Assembly (NCBI GenBank): GCA_036507635.1 | Contig: DATCIQ010000003.1 | Location: 1 to 55,512, forward strand | Length of the DNA: 55,512 nucleotides | Source: Gammaproteobacteria bacterium | GTDB taxonomy: Bacteria; Pseudomonadota; Gammaproteobacteria; Steroidobacterales; Rariloculaceae | Reading direction: 5' to 3' | Part shown: one piece after another, positions 19,715-28,771 of the stretch | Position numbering within the stretch: the first letter of the stretch is position 1 | Layout: each line of letters opens with the position of its first letter | Made by a program: the position numbers and the translations under genes | The notes under the pieces: generated by a model | Database searches by the model: none | The model's input: the letters and a program-made list of their open reading frames with translations, nothing else | What the model was told of the DNA's origin: nothing

Positions 19715-20023
19715 CTAGGAAACACTGAGACGATCGAGGACGACGCGATAGCCGCCGTTGCCATTCGTCAGAAAACGCGCGACGCGGCCGATCGTCGTGA
19801 CGGAAACCCCGGTCAGCTCGTGGATCTTGCGATAGGGCGTACCGTCGTCGAGGTAAGCGACCACGCTCCAGCGATCGACGAGCGCTTCGAGCTCGGCCGG
19901 AGTGCACAGGTCGTTCAAGAAGCTCTTGCACTCCTGCTCGGTGCGCAACGCAAGCAGCGCTTGGTAGAGCCCGCGCTCGGCGCTGGCAACCGCGCGCCGA
20001 TCCGCTTCGCGATGATTCTTCAT
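19715..20023 (-). CDS. TrpR-like YerC/YecD-family DNA-binding protein, first gene of the his cluster
   Basis: 102 aa. FLNDLCTPAELEALVDRWSVVAYL..GTPYRKIHELTGVSVTTIGRVARFL is a TrpR-type helix-turn-helix. The gene ends 22 nt upstream of hisG. Confidence 0.8.
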   Translation of the reverse strand: MKNHREADRRAVASAERGLYQALLALRTEQECKSFLNDLCTPAELEALVDRWSVVAYLDDGTPYRKIHELTGVSVTTIGRVARFLTNGNGGYRVVLDRLSVS

Positions 20024-20124
20024 CGATGACCTCGAGCTTTCTCGCTGTGATAACGTAATAGTGCGTTAATACATTAGCGCAAACCGAAGGGGCAGGTCAA
20101 TACCGGGGGCGGGCTCGAGAAAGG

Positions 20125-21186
20125 CTAGGGCAAGCGGTCGATGACGGCTTGGCCGAATTCCCGCGTCCCGACCGAGGCTTCGCCCTTCGCGGCAATGTCG
20201 CGCGTCCGGACCCCGGCCTCGATGGCTGCCGCCACGGCGGCCTCGACGGCCGCGGCAGCCTCGCGGGCACCGAGGCTGTGACGCAGCAGCATGGCGGCGC
20301 TCAATATGGCGCCGCAAGGATTCGCGACACCGCACCCGGCGATGTCGGGGGCGGAGCCGTGGATCGGCTCGTAGAGCCCAGGACCGCCGTCGCCGAGTGA
20401 AGCGGAGGGCAAGAGCCCCATCGATCCCGCGAGCATGGACGCCTCGTCCGTGAGAATGTCGCCGAACATGTTTTCGGTGACCAAGACGTCGAAATCCGCG
20501 GGTCGGCTCAATAAGTGCATGGCGGCGGCGTCGACGAGGAGATGCTCGACCTTGAGCTCCGGAAACTCCCGGCGAAACACGCGCGTCGCGGTCTCGCGCC
20601 AGAGCCGCGATGTCTCGAGCACGTTGGCCTTGTCGATCGAGGTCACTTTGCCGCGCCGCTCTTTGGCCAGCCGCCCGGCGACGCGGCACACGCGCTCGAT
20701 CTCGCCGACCGTGTACTCGCAAGTATCGTAGGCGCGATCCGCATCGCGACCGCGCTTGCCGAAATAGATGCCCCCCGTGAGCTCGCGCACGACCATGATG
20801 TCGACGTCCTCGAGCTTCTCGGGCTTAAGCGGCGACGCCCCCATGAGCGCGCGCGTCGTCACGACGGGACGCAGATTCGCGTAAAGACCCAAGCCCTTGC
20901 GCAACCCGAGCAACCCTTGCTCGGGCCGCAAGTGCACAGGCACGTCGGCCCATTGGGGTCCGCCCACGGCGCCGAGCAGCACGGCCGCCGCAGCGCGACA
21001 GGCCTCGAGCGTCCGAGGCGGCAGCGGCGAGCCGTGCGCATCGTAGGCGCAGCCGCCGACGGGTTGCTCGACGAACTCGAGCTCAAGTCCCATTCTCGTC
21101 GCGACACGGTCGAGCACGCGGACGGCCTCGGCCGTCACCTCGGGGCCCACGCCGTCACCGCCGAGCACGACGATCCTTGCGATCAT
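20125..21186 (-). CDS. leuB: 3-isopropylmalate dehydrogenase
   Basis: [17 protein letters not shown]...[26 protein letters not shown]. The ATG overlaps the leuD stop (ATGA). Confidence 0.95.
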   Translation of the reverse strand: MIARIVVLGGDGVGPEVTAEAVRVLDRVATRMGLELEFVEQPVGGCAYDAHGSPLPPRTLEACRAAAAVLLGAVGGPQWADVPVHLRPEQGLLGLRKGLGLYANLRPVVTTRALMGASPLKPEKLEDVDIMVVRELTGGIYFGKRGRDADRAYDTCEYTVGEIERVCRVAGRLAKERRGKVTSIDKANVLETSRLWRETATRVFRREFPELKVEHLLVDAAAMHLLSRPADFDVLVTENMFGDILTDEASMLAGSMGLLPSASLGDGGPGLYEPIHGSAPDIAGCGVANPCGAILSAAMLLRHSLGAREAAAAVEAAVAAAIEAGVRTRDIAAKGEASVGTREFGQAVIDRLP

Positions 21187-21758
21187 ATCAAGCGCTGTTC
21201 GAACGCCAGAATCGCGGGCTCGTTCTCGAGCAGAAACCCGAGCTGATCGAGCCCATGCAAGAGGCAATAGCGCGAAAAGCCGTCGATCGGAAACCCGATG
21301 CGCCGGCCGCCCGGCAGGACGACGCTCTGGGTCTCGAGATCGACCGTCACTTCGATGCCCGGATGCTCGACGAGCCAACGGTGATCGTCGGCGCCGACGA
21401 TGACGGGGAGCAGCCCGTTCTTGAGCGCGTTGTTGCAGAAAATGTCCGCGATCTCGGTGCTGATGACGGCTCGGATACCGAAGTCCAACAGCGCCCAGGG
21501 GGCGTGCTCGCGCGACGATCCGCAGCCGAAATTGCGTCCCGCGACGAGAACGGCCGCGCCCTCGGCATCGGGAGAATTGAGCACGAAGTCATCGCGTGTC
21601 GTCCCGTCCGGATGGTACCGCCAATCGGTGAACAAGCTCTTACCGAGGCCGGTCTTGGTCGTCGTCGTAAGAAAGCGCGCCGGAATGATCTGGTCCGTGT
21701 CGATATCGTCGATCGGCAGCACCACGGTGCGCGAGCGAACCTGCTTGATTCCGTTCAT
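21183..21758 (-). CDS. leuD: 3-isopropylmalate dehydratase small subunit
   Basis: [38 protein letters not shown], 191 aa. The ATG overlaps the leuC stop (ATGA). Confidence 0.94.
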   Translation of the reverse strand: MNGIKQVRSRTVVLPIDDIDTDQIIPARFLTTTTKTGLGKSLFTDWRYHPDGTTRDDFVLNSPDAEGAAVLVAGRNFGCGSSREHAPWALLDFGIRAVISTEIADIFCNNALKNGLLPVIVGADDHRWLVEHPGIEVTVDLETQSVVLPGGRRIGFPIDGFSRYCLLHGLDQLGFLLENEPAILAFEQRLI

Positions 21759-23173
21759 ATACGGCGGCTCGAGCCCATGAGCTCGCGAGGATCGGTGACC
21801 TTGCCCGTCACGGCGGATGCAGCGGCCGTGAGCGGACTTGCGAGAATCGTGCGCGCTCCGCTGCCCTGGCGGCCTTCGAAGTTGCGATTGCTCGTGCTGA
21901 CCGAGAGTTGGCCGCGCCCGGCCGTATCGCCGTTCATGCCGATGCACATCGAGCAGCCGGACTCGCGCCACTCGCCGCCGGCCGCCTTGACGATCTCATC
22001 GATACCCTCGGCCTCGGCTGCGCGCTTGACCTGTTGCGACCCGGGAACGACAAGCAGGCGCACGTGCTTGGCGACGCGACGGCCGCGGAGGAGCTCCGCG
22101 GCCTGCCGCAAATCGCTGATCCGGCCGTTCGTGCAAGAGCCGATAAACACGACGTCGACGAGCTTGTCCTTGAGCGGCTTGCCGGCGTCGACCTGCATGT
22201 AAGCCAGCGCCTTGCGAAACGCCGGATCGTCGCCGGCAGGCACGCTCTCGTCGATCGCCACGACCATGCCCGGATTTGTCCCGAACGTGACCATCGGCTT
22301 CAAGCGCGATACGTCGATGCTTACGGATTGGTCGAATTTCGCCTCCGCGTCCGTGCCGAGTGCGCGCCACCGCTCGAGCGCGTCGTCCCAAGCGGAGCCT
22401 CGCGGCGCGAGCGGCCGGCCCGCGACATACTCGTAAGTCACGTCGTCGGGACCGATCATGCCCGCGCGCGCGCCGGCCTCGATCGACATATTGCAGATCG
22501 TCATGCGCTCTTCCATCGTGAGGCCTGCGACCGTCGAGCCGCGATACTCGATGACATGGCCGTTTCCGCCCGCGACGCCGATCGTGCCGATGATCTTGAG
22601 AATCACGTCTTTCGCCGTCACGCCTGCCGAGAGCGTGCCGGTCAGAATCACGGCCAGTGTGCGCGGCTTACGCTGCAACAGACATTGAGTCGCGAGCACG
22701 TGCCCCACTTCGGTCGTGCCGATGCCGAAAGCCAGCGCGCCGAAGGCGCCGTGCGTGCTCGTGTGCGAGTCACCGCAAACGATGGTCTTGCCGGGCTGAG
22801 TCGCGCCGAGCTCGGGACCGATCACGTGGACGATGCCGCGCTCGCCGCTGCCGAAGCTACGCAGCTCGATGCCGAAGTCGCGGCAGTTTTGCTCCATTTG
22901 CAGCACCTGCTTGGCCGCCGCAGGCTCGCTGACGACGGCGAGATCCTTGAGCGATGCAATCGGCACCGTCGGCGTCGAGTGATCGAGCGTCGCCAAGCAT
23001 AGGTCCGGCCGGCGCACGCTTAAGGCCCGGGCTCGGAGCTCCGCGAAGGCCTGAGGGCTCGTGACCTCGTGGATCAGGTGCAGATCGACGTACAAGATCG
23101 CCGGCCGCGCATCGCTTTCGGGGCTGACGATATGCGCATCCCAAACCTTCGCGAATAGTGTTCTCGCCGCCAT
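21755..23173 (-). CDS. leuC: 3-isopropylmalate dehydratase large subunit
   Basis: [16 protein letters not shown]..., [25 protein letters not shown] and CSMCIGMN are aconitase-family motifs. Confidence 0.95.
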   Translation of the reverse strand: MAARTLFAKVWDAHIVSPESDARPAILYVDLHLIHEVTSPQAFAELRARALSVRRPDLCLATLDHSTPTVPIASLKDLAVVSEPAAAKQVLQMEQNCRDFGIELRSFGSGERGIVHVIGPELGATQPGKTIVCGDSHTSTHGAFGALAFGIGTTEVGHVLATQCLLQRKPRTLAVILTGTLSAGVTAKDVILKIIGTIGVAGGNGHVIEYRGSTVAGLTMEERMTICNMSIEAGARAGMIGPDDVTYEYVAGRPLAPRGSAWDDALERWRALGTDAEAKFDQSVSIDVSRLKPMVTFGTNPGMVVAIDESVPAGDDPAFRKALAYMQVDAGKPLKDKLVDVVFIGSCTNGRISDLRQAAELLRGRRVAKHVRLLVVPGSQQVKRAAEAEGIDEIVKAAGGEWRESGCSMCIGMNGDTAGRGQLSVSTSNRNFEGRQGSGARTILASPLTAAASAVTGKVTDPRELMGSSRRI

Positions 23174-23184
23174 CGACTGGGTCC

Positions 23185-24144
23185 TCAAAGGGCGATGGAG
23201 CGGTCGACCCGCTCGGCGAGCATCGGCTCGAGCCATCCCCATTCGTCGGCGGTCGAGCCGTCGAACAAGCCGAAGAACTTGCGCTGGATCTTCTCGGTCA
23301 TGGTGCCGCGCTTGCCGCTACCGACGATGATCTTGTCGACGGAGCGTACGGGCGTCACCTCGGCGGCCGTGCCGGTCAGAAAGACCTCGTCCGCGATGTA
23401 CAAGAGCTCGCGCGGAATGTCCTGCTCGACGACGTCGATATCCATGCAGCGGGCGAGCTTGATGACTGCGTCGCGCGTCAAGCCCCCGAGTATGGATGCA
23501 GAAGCGGGCGGCGTGTAGAGAACGCCGTCCTGCACGAGAAACAGATTCTCACCGGCACCTTCGCTCACGAAGCCGGCCGTGTTCAACGCAATTCCCTCGG
23601 CAAAGCCCAAGCGTCTGGCCTCGAGCGTCACCAGGATGCTCGACAAGTAGTTGCCGCCGGCCTTGGCCAACGCGGGGACCGTGTTCGGCGCCACTCGTTG
23701 CCATGACGAGATGCAAACATCGACGCCTTTTTCGAGCCCGCCTTCGCCCAAGTAGGAACCCCACTCCCAAGCCGCGATCGAGCAGCGCGCGGGCTCCTCG
23801 ATGTTGCCCGCGACGCCCATCTCACCGTAGCCGCGATACGCGATCGGCCGGATGTAAGCGCCGTTCAAAAGACGGTTCTCGCGAATGACCTGCTTGCAGG
23901 CGTCCACGATGGTTTCCCGCGAGTAAGGGATCTTCATGCGATAGATTTTCGCGGAATTGAACATGCGCTGGACGTGGTCCGTGAGGCGAAAGCCGATCGG
24001 TCCATCCGGCGTCTTGTAAACGCGAATCCCTTCGAACACGGACGATCCATAGTGCAGCGCGTGGCTCAGCACGTGGATGGTCGCTTGCTCCCACGGAACG
24101 AGCTTGCCCTCGTGCCAGATGAATTGACTTGTCTTTAAAGGCAT
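23185..24144 (-). CDS. ilvE: Branched-chain amino acid aminotransferase
   Basis: 319 aa with [25 protein letters not shown] and [10 protein letters not shown] (fold type IV PLP enzyme). Confidence 0.93.
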   Translation of the reverse strand: MPLKTSQFIWHEGKLVPWEQATIHVLSHALHYGSSVFEGIRVYKTPDGPIGFRLTDHVQRMFNSAKIYRMKIPYSRETIVDACKQVIRENRLLNGAYIRPIAYRGYGEMGVAGNIEEPARCSIAAWEWGSYLGEGGLEKGVDVCISSWQRVAPNTVPALAKAGGNYLSSILVTLEARRLGFAEGIALNTAGFVSEGAGENLFLVQDGVLYTPPASASILGGLTRDAVIKLARCMDIDVVEQDIPRELLYIADEVFLTGTAAEVTPVRSVDKIIVGSGKRGTMTEKIQRKFFGLFDGSTADEWGWLEPMLAERVDRSIAL

Positions 24145-24193
24145 GGCTCGACTCTCCTGCGGCCGGCCTCGCGGCGGCTGATTATATGCTTCA

Positions 24194-25180
24194 TCAGCCC
24201 TGCAGCCAGCTCATACGTCCGCGTAATTCCCTACCCACCGTTTCGATCGAGTTGTCGAGATCCTCTTGCAGGAGCTTCTTGTACTTCGGCAGTCCCGCTT
24301 TGTTCTCGGCGATCCATTCGCGCGCGAATGTCCCGTCACGTACTTCCTTGAGCACCGCGCGCATGTTCTGCTTGACGTGCTCGTCGATGATGCGCGGCCC
24401 CCGAGTCAAGTCGCCGTACTTGGCCGTTTCGCTGACGAACTCGTGCATCTTCTTGAGCCCGCCTTCGTGGAGCAAATCGACGATGAGCTTCACCTCGTGC
24501 ATGCACTCGAAATAGGCGACCTCGGGCTGATAACCCGCTTCCACCAACGTCTCGAAACCGCGCACGATGAGCTCCGTAGTGCCGCCGCACAAAACCGCTT
24601 GCTCGCCGAACAAATCAGTCTCGGTCTCCTCGGCGAACGTCGTCGCAAGCACACCGCCGCGAGCTCCGCCGATGCCGTGCGCATACGCAAGCGCCCGCGC
24701 CTTGGCCTTGCCCGTGGCATCTTGAGCGACGGCGAGCAGGCACGGTACACCGCGCCCGGCTTCGTATTGGCGGCGCACCAAGTCACCGGGACCTTTCGGG
24801 GCGATGAGCACGACATCGAGGTCGGCGCGGGGCTTGATCTGCCCATAGTGGATATTGAAGCCATGCGCGAACAAGAGCGTGCAGCCCTTGTCGAGAGAGG
24901 CTTCGATGTCTTGGTAGAGCTTTCCTTGCGCCATGTCCGGCACGAGGAAAGCCACGAGTCCGGCGCCCTTGACGGCCGCGGCCGGGGCTTTTACTTCGAA
25001 GCCGTCGCGCGCGGCTTGCGCGGCCGTCTTACCGCCCGGGCGAAGGCCCAAGACCACGTCGAATCCAGAATCACGGAGGTTTTGCGCGTGAGCCCTCCCT
25101 TGGCTGCCGTACCCGAGCACGGCAATCCTCTCGCCGCTCAGTGCGTCGGTGTCGACGTCAGATTCCAAGAACAATTGCAT
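24194..25180 (-). CDS. ilvC: Ketol-acid reductoisomerase (class I)
   Basis: 328 aa with [19 protein letters not shown] and [11 protein letters not shown] motifs. Confidence 0.95.
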   Translation of the reverse strand: MQLFLESDVDTDALSGERIAVLGYGSQGRAHAQNLRDSGFDVVLGLRPGGKTAAQAARDGFEVKAPAAAVKGAGLVAFLVPDMAQGKLYQDIEASLDKGCTLLFAHGFNIHYGQIKPRADLDVVLIAPKGPGDLVRRQYEAGRGVPCLLAVAQDATGKAKARALAYAHGIGGARGGVLATTFAEETETDLFGEQAVLCGGTTELIVRGFETLVEAGYQPEVAYFECMHEVKLIVDLLHEGGLKKMHEFVSETAKYGDLTRGPRIIDEHVKQNMRAVLKEVRDGTFAREWIAENKAGLPKYKKLLQEDLDNSIETVGRELRGRMSWLQG

Positions 25181-25212
25181 GGCTCGTACCCCTTCGAATT
25201 GTGCCTGCCGAT

Positions 25213-25245
25213 AAAAAAAAACCCCGCAGCCTTTCGGGTGCGGGG
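25213..25245 (-). terminator. Intrinsic terminator hairpin in the ilvC 5' leader (attenuator terminator)
   Basis: The minus strand reads CCCCGCACCC-GAAA-GGCTGCGGGG followed by a 9-nt T run. It ends about 30 nt upstream of the ilvC ATG, and no gene lies upstream on that strand. Confidence 0.7.
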
Positions 25246-25264
25246 CCTACGTGAGTATTTGTCG

Positions 25265-25394
25265 TCAAGTCAGCCGCCCGCACCCGCTGAAGCTCTGTAC
25301 TACCGCAAAAAGCTCGGCGGGGCGGATTGGAGTCATCTCAGTCTAGAATCGTACTCGGAATGATGATGATCCGAGAAAGCCCTTGAATTGTCAA
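25265..25394 (-). promoter_or_regulatory. Candidate attenuation leader with two alternative small leader ORFs and an antiterminator segment
   Basis: ORF-A (25394-25338, TTG start) encodes TIQGLSRIIIIPSTILD*. ORF-B (25336-25265, ATG start) encodes MTPIRPAELFAVVQSFSGCGRLT*. CGGGTGCGGG (minus strand of 25277-25286) is complementary to the 5' arm of the terminator. TTGACA (25394-25389) could alternatively be a -35 box. Confidence 0.45.
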
Positions 25395-25437
25395 CGTATT
25401 GCGCTATTCTGCCCAAACTCTCCCGAGGATAAATCGA

Positions 25438-25923
25438 ATGACGATCAAGGTCGGCGATACGGTGCCGCAAGGCAAGCTCACGGTCATGGGAGCCAACGGT
25501 CCGGAGCCATTGGCGAGCGATGATCTCTTCCGTGGCAAGAAGGTCGTCCTCTTCTCGGTGCCCGGGGCCTTCACGCCCACCTGCTCGGCCAAGCACCTGC
25601 CGGGCTATGTCGAGCAGGCCGCGAAAATCAAAGCCTTGGGCGTCGACACGATTGCCTGTCTCGCCGTCAACGATGTGTTCGTGATGTCGGCTTGGGGGAA
25701 GGCCGGTAACGTCGGCGACAGGATCGTCATGCTTGCCGACGGTAACGGCGACTACACGCGTGCGCTCGGGCTCGAGCTCGACGCCACGGGCTTCGGCATG
25801 GGCCGACGCGGCAAGCGTTTCTCCATGATCGTCGACGACGGCGTCGTCAGAGAGCTCAACGTCGAGCCGCCCGGGCAGTTCGGCGTGAGCTCGGCCGAAT
25901 CCGCGTTAGCGCAACTCGGCTGA
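25438..25923 (+). CDS. Peroxiredoxin (Prx5-like, AhpC/TSA family)
   Basis: MTIKVGDTVP..., VVLFSVPGAFTPTCS (peroxidatic Cys) and LADGNGDYTRALG. GAGGAT Shine-Dalgarno sequence upstream of the ATG at 25438. Confidence 0.92.
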   Translation: MTIKVGDTVPQGKLTVMGANGPEPLASDDLFRGKKVVLFSVPGAFTPTCSAKHLPGYVEQAAKIKALGVDTIACLAVNDVFVMSAWGKAGNVGDRIVMLADGNGDYTRALGLELDATGFGMGRRGKRFSMIVDDGVVRELNVEPPGQFGVSSAESALAQLG

Positions 25924-25924
25924 T

Positions 25925-25993
25925 GTAGGAGCGGCGTCTCGCCGCGATCTTCGCGCGCGACCCTCAAGAATCGCGGCCGGAGGCCGCTCCTAC
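25925..25993. repeat. REP-like element (GTAGGAGCGGCG...GCCGCTCCTAC)
   Basis: 24-nt arms at 25925-25948 and 25970-25993 with complementary outer halves. It starts 1 nt after the peroxiredoxin stop. Confidence 0.75.
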
Positions 25994-26061
25994 AGGGACG
26001 CTGCTCCCACACGAGACGCCTCTCCCACCAGAGGGCGCTCCCACCCACACGCAGCTCCAAC
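25994..26061. repeat. Four degenerate 16-18-nt tandem units ending in CTCCCAC/CTCCAAC (REP half-site array)
   Basis: The units are AGGGACGCTGCTCCCAC, ACGAGACGCCTCTCCCAC, CAGAGGGCGCTCCCAC and CCACACGCAGCTCCAAC. Each resembles the right half of the REP. Confidence 0.6.
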
Positions 26062-26077
26062 AGGTGCCGCCCCGTCG

Positions 26078-27031
26078 TCACGCGGTGGTGCGCCCTCCGA
26101 GGGCCGCGATCAACTCGGGAACAGCGTCGAACAAGTCGGCGACGAGCCCGACGTCCGCGACCTCGAAGATCGGCGCTTGAGAATCCTTATTGATCGCAAC
26201 GATCGTGCGCGCGTCTTTGATGCCCGTCAGGTGTTGGATGGCGCCCGATATGCCGAGCGCAATATAAAGGTTGGGCGCGATGATCTTTCCCGTCTGACCC
26301 ACTTGCAGGTCGTTCGGCGCGTAGCCTGAATCGACCGCCGCACGCGACGCGCCGACCGCGGCACCGAGCGCACGCGCAAGATCCTTGACGAGCCCGAAAT
26401 TCCCCGCGCTGCCGAGCCCGCGCCCGCCGGCCACGACGCGCGTCGCGGTCTGCAGATCGACGCGTCCGGCATCGCTCGATCGCAGCTCGACGAAACGCGT
26501 ATGCGTCGGCGTGCCCGCCTGGGCGCTCACGAGCTCGACGGGCGAGGGCGGCTGCTGTCCTACGGGGGCAAACGACGCCGTCCGCACGGATGCAACGACA
26601 CGGCGTTCCGGGTCCGCTTCCAACGTGACGATTGCGTTGCCCGCGTAGATCAGCCGCCGGAATCGATACGCGCTGTCCACGGCCATGAGGTCGCTGACCT
26701 GTCCGACGTCGAGCAGCGCGGCGATGCGCGGCAGCAAGTCCTTGCCGAACGTGCTGGACGGCGCGAGCACATGCGTATAGTCGCGCGCGAGGACGGCAGC
26801 TTGCGGCGCGATCACGCCTGCCAGCGCATGCGCGTGGCGTGCATCGACGATCGACAAAACTCTGCGCACGCCGGCGAGCGTGCTCGCGGCATGCGCCGCC
26901 CTGGTGTCGTGCGCGAAAACGGCCACGTCGATCGCGGCCGAGCCGAACGCATGCGCGCACGCGACGCATTTGGCGGTATTGACGTGGAGCTCGCCCTGGG
27001 CGTGCTCCGCAATGACGAGCACCTGCGGCAT
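26078..27031 (-). CDS. etfA: Electron transfer flavoprotein alpha subunit
   Basis: 317 aa. The C-terminal FAD-binding region reads VGQTGKIIAPNLYIALGISGAIQHLTG. Its start overlaps the etfB stop (TAATG). Confidence 0.94.
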   Translation of the reverse strand: MPQVLVIAEHAQGELHVNTAKCVACAHAFGSAAIDVAVFAHDTRAAHAASTLAGVRRVLSIVDARHAHALAGVIAPQAAVLARDYTHVLAPSSTFGKDLLPRIAALLDVGQVSDLMAVDSAYRFRRLIYAGNAIVTLEADPERRVVASVRTASFAPVGQQPPSPVELVSAQAGTPTHTRFVELRSSDAGRVDLQTATRVVAGGRGLGSAGNFGLVKDLARALGAAVGASRAAVDSGYAPNDLQVGQTGKIIAPNLYIALGISGAIQHLTGIKDARTIVAINKDSQAPIFEVADVGLVADLFDAVPELIAALGGRTTA

Positions 27032-27780
27032 TACAGAGCTCCCCGGCGGCGCAGCTCGGCAATGAGCGCGCCGATGTCCTTGACCTTGATGCCGGGCGGC
27101 CGGGGCTCGGGTGCGTCGGTCCGTACGACGCGAAACTGAGGCCGCGTCTCGACGCCAAGTGAGCTCAAGCTCACGACGTCGAGAGGCTTGCGTTTCGCTT
27201 TGAGAATCTCGGGGAGCTTCACGTAGCGCGGCTCGTTGAGACGCAGGTCCGAAGTGACGACGCCCGGAAGGTCGAGCTCGATCGTTTCGAGGCCGCTATC
27301 GACCTCGCGCGTCGCGCGCGCGACACCGTTTACGAGGGCGAGCTTCGACACGAACGTAGCTTGCGGACGATTCCACAGCGCGGCCAGCATCGGACCGGTT
27401 TGGCCCTGATCGTCATCGATGGATTGCTTGCCGAGCATCACGAGCAGCGGCTCCTCCCGCGCGACGAGCACGAGCAGCGCGCGGGCGACGGCGAGCGGCT
27501 CGAGCCTCGTCTCGTTCTCGACGAGGACCGCGCGGTCCGCCCCCATGGCCAATGCAGTGCGCAACTGCTGCTGCGATTCGGTCGTGCCGATCGAGACTGC
27601 CAGCACCTCGTCGGCTTGGTTGCGCTCCTTGATTCTCAATGCTTCCTCGAGGGCGATCTCGTCGAACGGATTGATGCTCATCTTGAGTCCCTCGGTCGCG
27701 ACGCCGGAGCCGTCCGCGCGGCAGCGGACCCGGACGTTGAAATCGACCACGCGCTTGATGCAAACCATGATTCTGCGCAT
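27031..27780 (-). CDS. etfB: Electron transfer flavoprotein beta subunit
   Basis: 249 aa with VCIKRVVDFNVRVR and NPFDEIALEEALR. Confidence 0.94.
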   Translation of the reverse strand: MRRIMVCIKRVVDFNVRVRCRADGSGVATEGLKMSINPFDEIALEEALRIKERNQADEVLAVSIGTTESQQQLRTALAMGADRAVLVENETRLEPLAVARALLVLVAREEPLLVMLGKQSIDDDQGQTGPMLAALWNRPQATFVSKLALVNGVARATREVDSGLETIELDLPGVVTSDLRLNEPRYVKLPEILKAKRKPLDVVSLSSLGVETRPQFRVVRTDAPEPRPPGIKVKDIGALIAELRRRGAL

Positions 27781-27824
27781 CGCATCGGACCCTTTGGACG
27801 GCGCGCTAATCGCGCGCCCAGGGA

Positions 27825-28727
27825 TTGTACAATCGCGGCGTGAATCCGAAGCCGCTCATCGATGCCGCCGCTCTCGCCTCGCGAATACCGGACGGCGATT
27901 GCGTCGTCGTCGATTGTCGATTCGACCTCACGGCACCTCACCAAGGCTTTGCGCGTTATCTCGAAGGACACATCGCCGGTGCGCGCTACGCGCATCTCGA
28001 CAAGGACCTCGCGGGACCCGTGACGCCGACGAGCGGCAGACACCCGTTGCCCGCGGTCGACGATCTCGCGGCGACTCTCGGCGCGTTCGGCATCGATGCC
28101 GGGACCTTCGTCGTCGCCTACGACGAAGCCGGCGGCGCCGTCGCGGCGCGTCTCTGGTGGCTCCTGCGCTGGCTCGGGCACGCCGAGGCTGCCGTGCTCG
28201 ACGGCGGTCTCGCGGCGTGGCGCGCATTCGGGGGAGTTGTGGCGACGCGCATTCCGGAGTGGCGACCGAGCCGCTATCGCCCGCGCACGGTGCGTGCGGA
28301 GTGGGTCGTCTCCACGCGGGAGCTCGAAGGAGTGCTCGCGCGCGAGGCTCGGCTTCTCGACGCGCGAGCGAGCGCGCGCTACCGCGGCGCCAGCGAGCCC
28401 ATCGATCCCGTCGCCGGCCACATTCCCGGCGCCTCCAACTTGCCGTTCAGCACGTGCCTGACGCCTGAGCAAAGATTCCTGCCGCGCGAGCAGCTCGAGG
28501 CGCTGTTTGCGGCGCAGGGTCTCCGAGGACAGCCGCTCCCCGAGGCCGTCGTGATGTGTGGGTCGGGCGTCACGGCGTGCCACCTGCTGCTCGCCATGGA
28601 GGTAACGCGGCTGCCGCCGGGGAAGCTGTACGCAGGCTCATGGAGCGAATGGATTCGCGATCCCGGGCGGCCCGTCGCGACCGGAGTCGAGGCCGGTTAC
28701 GCGAGGCGCGGCGCACATCGCACGTAG
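27825..28727 (+). CDS. sseA: 3-mercaptopyruvate sulfurtransferase (tandem rhodanese)
   Basis: Two rhodanese domains with active-site loop CGSGVTA. The start is uncertain: TTG at 27825 or GTG at 27840. Confidence 0.85.
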   Translation: MYNRGVNPKPLIDAAALASRIPDGDCVVVDCRFDLTAPHQGFARYLEGHIAGARYAHLDKDLAGPVTPTSGRHPLPAVDDLAATLGAFGIDAGTFVVAYDEAGGAVAARLWWLLRWLGHAEAAVLDGGLAAWRAFGGVVATRIPEWRPSRYRPRTVRAEWVVSTRELEGVLAREARLLDARASARYRGASEPIDPVAGHIPGASNLPFSTCLTPEQRFLPREQLEALFAAQGLRGQPLPEAVVMCGSGVTACHLLLAMEVTRLPPGKLYAGSWSEWIRDPGRPVATGVEAGYARRGAHRT

Positions 28728-28771
28728 CGGCGTTGTGGCACAATCGCTTTTTTCCTTGACAGGCCGCCGCC

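Noticed and set aside
25333-25596. 87-aa minus-strand ORF spanning the ilvC/peroxiredoxin intergenic region
   Set aside because: It runs antisense through the 5' part of the well-supported peroxiredoxin gene and has no motif support. The region is better explained by the divergent promoters and the attenuator leader.
25994-26061. Short tandem repeats considered as a possible CRISPR array
   Set aside because: The units are only 16-18 nt, directly adjacent without unique spacers, degenerate, and related to the REP arm. No cas genes are in the window.
28756-28761. TTGACA hexamer upstream of the aminotransferase gene as a -35 box
   Set aside because: It lies only 10 nt upstream of the well-aligned GTG start, leaving no room for a -10 element and a 5' UTR. 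It is likely fortuitous.
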